NCBI GenBank assembly: GCA_951406725.2
Contig: OX597814.1
Coordinates: forward strand, 67,766,001-67,830,000
Length of the DNA stretch: 64,000 bases
Direction of reading: 5' to 3'
Source of the DNA: Octopus vulgaris
Lineage: Eukaryota
Notes under the pieces: generated by a model
The model's input: only the letters and a program-made list of their open reading frames with translations
Told to the model about the DNA's origin: nothing
Databases searched by the model: none
Shown: positions 50,189-64,000 of the stretch, piece after piece
Position numbering within the stretch: position 1 is the stretch's first letter
Layout: every line of letters starts with the position of its first letter
Made by a program: the position numbers and the translations under genes

Positions 50189-53100
50189 CGAGTTATGAAA
50201 TGCTCCACGAGGAATGGCACACAGGAATGGCTTCACGAGGAATGGCACACACTGCCTCCAAAAAAGAAAAGGAGGAAAAAACAAAAGGACACACAGGGGA
50301 AGCACGAACAAATAGTGCTTCCCAACATCAAGAACAACAACAACAACACTTTTGACACCACTACTGCCACTGCCACACACACCAACACCAACAGACGCGA
50401 TTACAGCAATAAACACAAAAAATGAAAAACTCGTTGCATACCTAAAAGACAAAGCAAGTACAAACATAACAGATTTCGTTATACCAACACACAATGCACC
50501 ACCAGCACACATTCTCACAATAAAAATCAACGCAACAACATACAGTGACATAAAACAAATATTCCTTAACGATGTCGGATCGCTAGGGAAAAGTTTCTCA
50601 AAGAAACTATATAAAAATATCGTGGAAGCACCCGTGCAAAAGCACAAGGGAGCCACCCCCACCACCAACAACAGTAAGTAGAGCCTTTTTCTCCTTTTAT
50701 TTTTTTCCCCACCTTTGAAACATGGCAAAACTTAGAATCGGTTGCTTGAATGTGAGAGGCCTCGGGTCACCTTGGAAACAGGGTCACCTGTTAAACGACC
50801 TGAGGTTTCATGATGTGGATGTAGCAGCCATCAGTGAAACCAGGCTCTCCAACCCGCAGGAACTCGCAGCCCTTTTCGACGGATACGAGATATTTCTATC
50901 TCCGTGTCGGCCGGGAGCGGGCGGTGGTGGTACTGCGGTGTTGTTTCGGAAGGGCCTGGACTTGAAAATAAGGACAGTCTTCCTGGATCCGGAAGGTAAG
51001 TTGGTGGTCCTCGACGTAGACGGTAGTGACGGCGGTGCTTTCAGACTGCTGGCTGCCTACGCTCCGACAGGAGCAGGGCAGTCGGATTATTTCAAACGTC
51101 TGGAAGTTTTCCTGGGAACGTCACGCACTCTAGTACTAGTTGGGGATTGGAACGCTGTCTTAGACGAACGTTTCGATCGGGTGGGCAGGGGAGCGTCTGA
51201 TAGGAGAAGAGAGTGCAAGAGCCTCGCCAACCTACTCGGACGCTTTCAGCTGTTCGACAGGTTTCGACTAAACAACCCGAATGTGCCAATGTGGACTTGG
51301 ACCAATCGCATCGGGTTGTCTAGATCGTACTTAGATAGAGTGTTTTGTAGGCTAGCGGATAAGGACAGCATAGGGTGTCCACAATTCCACCTAGTCGACT
51401 ACACGGACCACAAATTCGTGATCTGTACGGTCGACTTAGATAGGCTACATAGACAGGGACCCGGCTACTGAAAGCTGAACGTGTCGTTAACGGCGTGCAA
51501 AGCTTACAGAGACCGGATTAGTTTACTAGTTAAGCGGGCGCTCACGGGGGCAATCATCAACAACAACTGGTGGTTTGCCCTCAAGAGAGCAATTAGAGTA
51601 GAGTCAATTAGGTATAGTAAGACTCTAGCTATTGAACGTAGGAAGAGAGAGCGGGATTTAGTTAAGAAACTAGACGAGGCTCTTGAGACTGGCATCGCGA
51701 CCGACGTGTTGGCGGCAAGGTTGGCCCTCGACCAACACTTCGACGCCAAACACGAAGGCTACTTTGTCAGAGCTAAGGCACGTTCGCTAAGCGGGGAGGG
51801 GACTAGAGCCGCTCGATGGGCCCGCGTGACGGAGGCGAAGCGAGGCAACAAAGCAACCATTCGGTCTTTGGTGGACCAGAACGGGCGCGAGTTTACCGAA
51901 CCGAAGCAGATGTGTACGGTGCTTCAGCGGCACTTTGCTCAACTATTTGGGACGAACGGTGGAACGGACACCAACGGTACAGACTTCGGTGTGTACCTGG
52001 ACGGCCTACCGCGGCTCTAGAACGACGAGGCAGAGTGCTGCGAAGGACCGATATCTGCCTAGGAAGTGGAGGAAGTGATGAAGAGTTGCACGAGAGGTAG
52101 ATCGCCGGGTTTGGATGGTCTGCCCTACGAGCTTTACACTTCAATGCCAGACTTGTTTGCGGGCCTGTTGGCAAACGTCTACTGCAACTGGCAGCAAAAC
52201 GGAAGAATTCCTGCTTTTGTCTGTCGAGGGGTGGTGGCTTTGCTAAAAAAGGACCCAAACAAGGGGGACGTTATAGGGAATTTTCGGCCCATCACTCTGC
52301 TCAATGCAGAGTTGAAGATTTTGGCCAAGGTGCTAGCCAAGAGATTGGCGCTTGTCGTGGACAAGTTGGTCGGCAAGACGCAGACATGCGCCGTGCCGAC
52401 CAGGTCGATACACGACAACCTCCATCTCATATGCTACATCATAGAGAGGGTGGGTAACGACGCTGGCGCGGGTGGGGCTTTGATCAACTTGGATCAGAGT
52501 AAAGCCTTCGATAGGGTCGACCATCGGTACCTGGCAGCTGTTCTCAAGGCAGCCGGCTTCGATCCAGTCTTCCGCGGGTGGATCGCTGCTTTATACAGCA
52601 GCATCTGCTCGGTGATACGGGTGAACGGTCACCTTTCGGAACCGTTCGACATCTCGCGTTCGGTCCGCCAAGGATGCCCTCTCTACTCCCTCTTGTAGAT
52701 ATTGACTCTCGAGCCATTACTGCGCAAGTTGGAGGCTTTGAGGGGTATCCTGCGCGATCTAGGAGGCGGAAACAGCGTGTCTGCCTATGCCGACGACGTC
52801 ACCATGATGGTGTCGAGCCACAGGCACATTGGCCTGATTGGCGAGACACTAAACGAGTACGAAGCGGTGACAGGGGAAAAGATTAACGCGGAAAAGTCTG
52901 TGGGCTTGCAACTGGGCACCTGGAGAGGCAAGCCCATGCCGTCCAACAGCTTCGTAGGACGCTGGACAGACGGATCCGTTAAACTGCTCGGGGTCTGGTT
53001 CGGTCCGGACCTCCAGGTGGATAAAAACTGGGAAGAAGTGACGAGCAGGGTGACACGTCTCACCCAGAAATGGGCTGACAGGAAGCTGTCCCTGAAAGGT

Positions 53101-54443
53101 CGAGCGGAGGTGGCGAATGCGTACATCGCATCCGTCATCTATTACCGCTTGACCGTCGTCCCTTGTCCCAACCGCTGGTTGGCCAAGCTGGTACGCCTGC
53201 TTTTCGACTTTTTGTGGAAGGGTCAGATGCCACTGGTCAGGCGATCCATCTGCTGTCAACGACCGCTGAACGGAGGCCTTGGCATGCCGTGGTTACTGAT
53301 GCGCAGACATACGCTCAGGCTGCGACATCTCAAGCGTTTCCTAGACGGTGAACAGGTGTGGTCGTCTTTTGTCAGACGCGATTTTCCGCAGCTCGTCTCT
53401 TTGACAGAGCTGCAGACCTGGATCAAACTTAGACCGAGAAAGGGCGCTTGGCACCTCGAGTGCCGTCAAGCTCTCTCCGCCCTCCGCCAGGCGGGCAATG
53501 CGATCAGTTTCAGTTCCACTCTAGCGTTCTATAGAGGGTTAGTGGAGTAAAAATGCGATGACGTTCTCGGGGAAACTCTAGGCGTTGACGATAACGAACT
53601 GAGCGGTCTGTTCGCAAGGACTTTCGGGCTGGGGCCAATGGACGATTTCCAGAGGATGCTTGCCTGGCAGTGCTACCGAGGGGCGCTGCCTGTTCGGGAT
53701 AAACTCTACCGGCACGGAAGTGCCGTCAGCCGGGCCTGCTGAGGTGTTGCCAGGACGACGAAACCGTTCTGCACGCACTCGTCCAGTGCCCGAGTATTGC
53801 TGAACTATGGATTTATGTCGAACAGCTACTGTCACGTGTAGGACGGATCCGACTATCAGCCGAATCCATAGTGAAGATTGCCCCGCCGACCTCCTTTAAC
53901 AAGGAGGGTGAGGCCGTTTTCCTGTGCCTAGTGGCTGTGGCAAAAGAGGTTGTATGGTGGACCCGTTTGAAAGGGCTAAAGTCAGACACTTTCCTCTTTG
54001 GTCAAGGCCTCATCAACTTTTTCAAGTTTCACTTGAAAAGGAAGATGAGTTTAGAGAGGAGAGTGCTGTCCGATGGCAAGTTTTCTGAAAGGTGGGTGAA
54101 TTGTGTGAGAATGGCCAGTATAAATGGACCAATTCTCAGGTTTCGCCTATGATTGAAAAAGGTTTTATAAAAGGAGAAAAGGGCTCTCTACCCCCCTTTT
54201 GACTAGGCTCCCGTTCGCTTTTATGGGTTTTTTCCACCAAGAACCTTTCGTAACGCCTCCTCCTTTTGGAAGATTTTCATTGTTATAATCTTTCGTTGTT
54301 AAACTGTTTTTACTCGGATTTTTCACAAACGAACAAAACCCTTTGTAACCTTTCGTCCTGTTTTGTCCCTTTATGTTTACTAATCATGTGCGTCAGCCCT
54401 TGTGGCCAATAAAAAGAATTAATTATTATTATTATTATTATTA
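50189..54443 (+). mobile_element. Tx1/L1-clade LINE: partial ORF1 and full-length but stop-interrupted ORF2, (ATT)n tail
   Basis: LNVRGL, ISETRL, GDWN, YLDR, DH (APE); LDQSKAFDRV, RQGCP, YADD (RT); C..C...ET..H....C. In-frame stops at ~51469, 52018, 52060, 52696 and 53548. Confidence 0.93.
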
Positions 54444-54699
54444 TGGCCATCAGCCTTTGAAGTTGGAGCTCGTAATTTGTAAGTGTTTAATAAAGTATTT
54501 CGGCTGGTTGCAGCCCGTTTATTCAAAATTTTATTTAACAAGTATTTTGCTTGCATTGTCTTGGTCGTGGTGGTAACAATTTGCGTAATTGTACTCCATT
54601 TTTGGGGGCGTAATAATCATTTTGCATTTTTGCATTTTTGTGAAAACGATTTTATTCATTTTTCCCATTTAAAAAAATGTCGGGTTACGAAAAAATCAT

Positions 54700-57600
54700 A
54701 ATAATCGACCAAGAGTAGTTTTCCGTTGATTCCGACCAAGAGCAACGTTCTGTTGAAACTCCGAAAGCAAACACAGCTGAAGGTAAAATAACTTTCTCCT
54801 CAAAGAGAATTATAATTTCAACTTGTTGCTATGGCGACAGTAACAAGTGCAAAAGTACCAGCAGCAACGATAATGACGACGAGTACAGCAGCAGTAGCAG
54901 CAGCAGCAGCAGCACCTCCATCATCTCTACCACCACCACCACAACCACAAACAGCAGAAACAGCAATAATAACAGCAACTCTAGCTACAACAACCACATC
55001 AGTTATAAGGTGAACAAGATCGAAAACAAGTAACATAAATAACAAGGTTGAAAACAACACCAACAGTGATAATCGTGTCGAAAATGACAATAAAAATGAC
55101 ACTACTAACAACAACAACAACAACATCTGCAACAGCAGCAGCATCAATAATAACACAATGATCCTCAACAAAGCTACTTCCTTTTCTAAAGCCGTTGGCA
55201 ACTGGACTATTGTTTTCAGTGGATGACTTAAGAAATAAGGCACTGAAATACAAGAGTGTCATTATGAAACTAAGTGTTATGTGCCTGGAGAAAAAAACCC
55301 TCCGAAAGACGAACAATTGTTTATAAATGTGTTTCTTACAAGGAGTGGAAACTTAAATTTCCTACTCCGGCAGAGCCCGAAAAGTGCCTCGAAAATGCGT
55401 GGCTCTGTGTGCTACACATACAGAAAGGTAAACAATATGGGATGATTGCTGCTATATGCAGCAGTGAGCAAAAAGTCAGAAGAATGGCTACTATAACTTG
55501 CATGTACCAGGCTTTTGTAATGATTCTCCTTTACATGGATAAAAGGTTGACTGGAATTCGAGTCAAGAACGTACCGGGTCACTGTGATCCGGTGAGGGTT
55601 TTTGCCATTCTGGAGGAGCATAGGGAAGTTATGGAGGTAAAGTCCACCCCACAACTCAACAGGATTGAAATTCTTATGGAATTCCAGATACTAGTTTCTC
55701 CAGAAGAATTAAATCGCATTCCCGATTTTTTCTGTTTCGGGGATTGCGAACAGATGCCAGTTTCTATAGAAGGAAAAAAAGAACAAGTGTTTTGTGTGAG
55801 AATTCAAACCAACTCAAAGCATTTTGCCCCGTGGTAGAAAAAACATGAAGCTCTCTACCGTTACTACCTACTCCTCAAGGTGGAGAAAAACTATTACCTC
55901 GCATCTGCCTCCTTCCTCCGACTCAACTCTCGCAAAAGCAAGGTCCTCATTGACTTCGCACCAAAAGGCCTTTGTCAGAGATAAGAGAAAGACTGAATAT
56001 GAATCAAACTGAAGGGTCTAGGAAAACAATTAAAAAAACAAAATCTGCCACAATACCAATTCAAAACAAATCAACACCAACATCAACATCTTCATCACAA
56101 AACAACCCGTTTTTACAAACACATTCACAACCACAAAAAAGCACGAAAACAAAATGAAATACCTAAAAAATAAAATGACCAGCAGTCACACTCTCGGGTG
56201 CGTGCTTCCTTCATCGACTTCATTCTTGTTCAGAAGAGCCACATTGAATTGATTGAGAAAGTGGTTAATAACAAAAAGTCAAGTGGCGAAGGTTTTGCAG
56301 AATTCTTCAAGAAAACCCCACTGGATCGGATGTTAATACGAACAGATACAGATACGTATTTTGGTTTGAAAGACAAATTCCCCCTGTACACTGGAAAGTT
56401 TAGTAGGTACCCCCCAAAAATTTCCTAGAAAAATCCATCTCCATTACCCCCTCAACCACAAAGAAGACTGTGTCAACAGTCGTCCCCGGAGATCAAGATA
56501 CGTAATTCCATTTTCTTTTCTCTAAGTTAAATGGCTACACTCAGAGTTGGCTGCGTAAATGTTCGGGGCCTGGGTTCGGCTTAGAAGCAGGCTCACCTGC
56601 TCAACGATATCAGGTCCCTAAATTTAGATGTGGCAGCAATTAGTGAGACGAGAATTGCTGGGAAACGACATGCTCTTGCAAACATTTTCGAAAACTACGA
56701 GGTATTATTATCTTGTGGTCTGTCGGGAGCGTGTGGCGGTGTAGAAGTGTTATTCCGAAAATCCTTAGGTCTCAAAATAAAGGCAATCTTCTTGGACCCG
56801 GACGCTACGTTGGTGGTCCTAGATGTGAATGGCAGTGAAGGTAGTACCTTTAGAATGGTGGCCATGTATGCGGCGATAGGGACTGGGAGGCGAGATTTCT
56901 TCAGACGTCTAGAAACATTTCTGGGAACGTCTCGCTCTTTGGTACTAGTGGGGGACTGGAACAGTATTTTGGACGCGCGGAAGGGCTGTGTGGGTTTAGT
57001 ACATAGAAAAAGGTGTAAAAGTCTCGAAATCCTGCTCAGAAACTTCCAGTTTTCTGACAAGTATCGATTGGATTTCTCTGATGTGTCAGTGTGGACATGG
57101 AGCAATCACAATGGATCATCTAGATCGTATCTAGATAGAGTATTTGTTAGGTCAGCGGATAAGGATAGTATTGGGTGTTCACAATTCAAAGTGGTCGACT
57201 ACATAGACCACAAATTCGTGATCTACACGGTCGATTTAGATAGGACGCGTATACAGGGACCTGGTTCTGAAAGTTGAACACGTCCTTTTCGGCGCACAAA
57301 GACTACAGGGACCGGATTAGCGAACTAGTTAAGCGGCAGCTGATGGGGGGCAATCGTTAACAACAGGTGGTGGATAGCCCTGAAACGGGCGATTAAAGCA
57401 GAATCGACAGAGTTTAGCAAAGAGTTAGCAATAGAAAGAAACAGATTAGAGGGAGAACTAGTTAGCAAACTAGAAGAGGCGATTACTAAAGGCATCATGA
57501 CTGACGTGTTAGCAGCGAGAATGGTTCTTGAGCATTTCTTTGAAGCGAAACACGAAAGTTGCGTTGTCAGAGCTAAGACCCGCGTACTAAAGTATGAGGG

Positions 57601-59336
57601 AACTGAAGCCGTCCGATGGGCTCAAACGGTGGAGATGCGATTTGGCAACAAAACCACGATCGGGTCTTTAATGGATCGGGAGAGGCGCGTGCTACATGGT
57701 TCTAAGCAGTTGTGTGCAGCTTTTCAGCAATACTTCGCGCAACTGTTTGGAGGGGGCGATGGGTCAACGACGGTAGCGGACTTTAGTTCGTACCTAGATG
57801 GTCTGCCGCAGCTCTCGGCTGCGGACGCGAGTTCTGCAAAAAGCCGATAACGGCCACTGAAATCAAGTAGGGGAAGCACTAACGTGCGCAGTCTCTAACA
57901 AGTCTATCCACGACAATCTCCACCTTATGCGATATATCATAGAGAGGGCTGGGACTAAAGCTGCCTTCGGTGGGGACCTGATCAATTTGGATCAATCAAA
58001 TGCATCCGATAGAGGCAACCATCGCTACCTGAAAGCCGTCCGTAAAGTGGCCAGTTTCGAACTAGTTTTCAGTGGCTGCATAGCTGCAATGCTCAACGGC
58101 ACCTGCTCGGTGGTCAAAGTAAATGGAACCGTTTAGAGTCGCACGCTCGGTCCGTGAGGGCTATCCGCTGTCACCTCTTCTGTATGTGCTGGCTCTCGAG
58201 CCACTGCTGTGGAAGTTGGAAAAATTGAGGAGCATCCTTTTCAAACTGGGACTCGGAAGAGCAGTGTCTGCATACACGGACGACATCACCGTCATGGTGT
58301 CGGATACCTCAAAAGTGGAGATGGTCGGCTCCAGTCTTGAAGAATATTAGTCAGTTGCATGGGCTAAAATCAATACCGAGATATCGGTGAGCTTACGAAT
58401 GGGCACCTGGAGAGGCAGGTCGATGCTGTCAGACGGCGTCGTCGGACGCTGGACTGACGGACCAGATAAACTGCTCGGGGTCTGGTTTTGTCCCGACCTT
58501 GAAGTGGATAAGAACTGAGACGAGATGACGAATAGGGTGGCCAGTCTTTCTCATAAATGGGCTTACTCATAAATGAGCTGAGACAGAGGCAATGAATGCT
58601 TACATCCGTTATCATTTATCGTCTGATCATCGTGCCTTACACCAGTTATTGCTTGATCAAGTTGGAGCGCGTCTTGTTCATGTTGTGGAAGGGACGCGTT
58701 CTAATGGTCAGGCGGTCAATCTGCTGTCAGCTCCCTCTGAGTGGCGGCTTAGGCATGCCGTGGCTTTTGATGCGTAGACATGCGTTCAGATTGCGCCACG
58801 TGCAACGATTTCTAGGTGAACGTGTGTGGGCTCCATTTGTGAGGCACGCGTTTCCACAACTCGTCTTTTCGACGGAACTGCAGTCCTGGGTGAAGGATAG
58901 ACCAAGATTGGGTACCTGGTACTTAGAATGTCGTCAGGCGCTCACTGTCATCTACCAGTCGGGCAATAGGATCGGCGGATGTTCCACTTTAATTATTTAT
59001 AGTGGGTTAGTGGCGGGGATAGTGCGACGACATCCTAGGGAAGACTCTGGGCGTCGACGAAAATGAACTAACTAGTGTATTCCGGAGGTCTTTCCGTCAG
59101 CGACTATTATGGATAATTTCCAGATGCCTTTAGATTGACAGCGCTGCAGGGGTGAGGGCGCCACCGGTTCGAGATAAACCGTTCTGCATGCTCTTGTTCA
59201 GTGTCCGGTAATTGCTGACCTATGAGGTTATGTCGAACAGCTGCTGTCACGTGTGGGACGGATCCGTCTGTCGTCCGAGTCCATAGAGATGATTGTCCCG
59301 TCCCCTGTCCCGTCACGCTCCTTCACCCTGGTCGCA
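54700..59336 (+). mobile_element. Older Tx1/L1 copy (ORF1 remnants, ORF2 with internal deletions)
   Basis: ATGGCTACACTCAGAGTTGGCTGCGTAAATGTTCGG (ORF2 start, 56531). The APE and RT fragments are colinear with the 50722 copy. YTDD. Confidence 0.85.
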
Positions 59337-59382
59337 AATAATAATAATAATAATGATAATAATAATAATAATAATAATAATA

Positions 59383-59415
<33 letters not shown>

Positions 59416-59417
59416 TT

Positions 59418-59488
<71 letters not shown>

Positions 59489-59489
59489 T

Positions 59490-59984
59490 ACAGTGAGAGA
59501 GCAGCGCATGGCATCAAAGTGATACTGGGTATACAAATATACGAAGCTCAATATAACCAACATTACTACCCGTCTAATAAGGGTCCACCAGGCACATGCA
59601 TCACAACCATATGTGCGCGACATGGTGATCTCATATCAAGATAAACAGTGCTTCACCTTGCAGGTGGGGCGCACTTAAAATTTTCTTCAGGTTGAGTTGA
59701 CCATCCCACTCAGAAGGTCCTAGAATAAGGTTTGTTTTAAGGATGATGAACAAAACACCCATTTTCCAGAAGTGAATTATTCAAACCCCAAAGAATTCCT
59801 CTCAACACATGGCTTGCTCGTGAACAGAGTTGCACATATAGTCAGCCACTAAGGGACATGCTCAACTGGTTAAGGTCAAACAACTGACAAGCAAATCTGT
59901 GGTATTGAACAGAATATTTGCTGTAGCCCATCTTTTATACCAAGACAAAACAATGTAGATGATAACACTTCCAACCAGTTAATA

Positions 59985-59985
<1 letters not shown>
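59490..59985. repeat. Unclassified interspersed repeat between (TAC)n and (TTA)n arrays
   Basis: Non-coding segment bounded by microsatellites, interrupting the Tx1 cluster. Confidence 0.4.
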
Positions 59986-62423
<2,438 letters not shown>

Positions 62424-62665
62424 GCCTCTACGTACGTACGTACCTGTTAGTTGAAAGGAAGATGTAAAAAGAGAGAAATAAAACTTAAGCTGAAGAAGTA
62501 TAGTTGACGTGAGAGGCAAAGCGATAAAGAGGAGTGAGTAAGAGGCAGTGAGAGAGACAGCGAGAGAGGGGGGAGACTGATAACGTTGAAAGGTTATTGA
62601 TAACGAGTTAAACGCAGGAGGACGGTTAGGGGTAAAGAGACACAGAGGAGGGAGAGGAGAGAGAG

Positions 62666-62704
<39 letters not shown>

Positions 62705-62839
62705 TGAAAGAAGGGAGTGGATAGAGAATAATAGTGAAAGAGAATGAAACCATTCTTATAGAGAAAATGCAGGAAAACTTTTCGTTTTGGACAATATATG
62801 ATTAAGACACTGAAAACATGGAAATTGCAAAATGTTGCA

Positions 62840-62972
<133 letters not shown>

Positions 62973-62988
62973 CTTTCTTTCTATCTAT

Positions 62989-63036
<48 letters not shown>

Positions 63037-63072
63037 TTATCTATCGATCGATCAATCTCTCTCTCTCTCTCT

Positions 63073-63115
<43 letters not shown>

Positions 63116-63147
63116 TTTATTTAAAGCAGCAGAAAATTCAACAAAAT

Positions 63148-63185
63148 CTGTTACTCTGAGTTTCTCGTTGCCGTTCATCAGACAG
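63148..63185 (-). ncRNA. Minimal hammerhead motif with canonical core
   Basis: cugu CUGAUGA a-cg-gcaa-cg-a GAAA cuc-a-gag UA acag, inside a short element (~63113-63320) flanked by (TA)n. Confidence 0.65.
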
Positions 63186-63321
63186 TTTTTGTTAGAATGG
63201 AACCGATATATCAATTCAATCCAGACTCTTACAAACGCCACACCTTTAAAAATGGACTTGTTTGATTGGCCCTTTAGAAATAACGGTCAATCTTCGAGTG
63301 ATAAACAAAAAATGAGCTCAA

Positions 63322-63353
<32 letters not shown>

Positions 63354-64000
63354 TATAAAAATTATAAAATTCGAGGAAAAACCTTACATTGAATAAAATA
63401 CATATTGACGTTAATGAAAGAAATATAATTAATACATGGAAATTAAAATGCATTATAAATATTACACTGCAATACATATTCATATTAAAGTGTACATATA
63501 TATATATATCAACATACACAGAAGGATGCGTGCAAACGCCATACATATACAGACGTATAAATATAAATATAAAATATACACACAAATGCATGCATACATA
63601 TGTATACGCAATCTATCTCGCACGCAAGTTAAAATCATGGATGCTAATGTAGTGTTCCTTATTTACGGAGCAAAGGTTAAGTGAGGGGGACGTAAAGTTG
63701 TATGCACCAGTATCATATAGTTAGAGAAAAATGTGAAAGAAAGGAAGAGAGAGAAAAAGGAACGAAGAAGGGGGAAGGAAAAAAGAAAAAGGGGTAGGGG
63801 TGGGTAAAAAACGAAATAAAAAAAATTATGTATACAAGCTGTGTAACCACGTTATTGACATATATATAGAGACAATTATACAAACACACACGTTCAAGTG
63901 GATACATACACATACAGCCGTGTATGTGTGTGCTTAAGCACAAACATACGCTCACTTACACATACACAGAGACGCATGCTTACAAATACATATCCATGGC

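Overview
Eukaryotic, AT-rich, microsatellite-dense genomic DNA. The repeat landscape (CORE-like SINEs, (GAT)n-tailed RTE 3' ends, (TA)n/(TTA)n arrays) is most consistent with an octopod cephalopod, which is an inference. The only host gene is PIBF1/CEP90, seen as two large + strand coding exons (1700-2335 and 30662-31834) separated by a ~28.3 kb intron. The rest is mostly decayed transposable elements: RTE, CR1-like, Tx1/L1 and R4/Dong LINEs, Penelope-like elements (PLEs), mariner, pogo/Tigger, a Helitron, a Gypsy integrase remnant, SINEs and MITEs. The standout signal is a dense set of roughly 15 hammerhead-ribozyme (HHR)-like motifs. (i) Two divergent but homologous ~350-360 bp non-coding, HHR-bearing, tandem or terminally redundant elements sit in (TA)n (15520-16295 + and 48385-48759 -) and look like circular-RNA retrozymes. 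(ii) Minimal HHRs in PLE-derived inverted repeats collectively show all four Watson-Crick combinations of the catalytic 3:8 pair. All structures were folded by eye; no searches or activity data are available.
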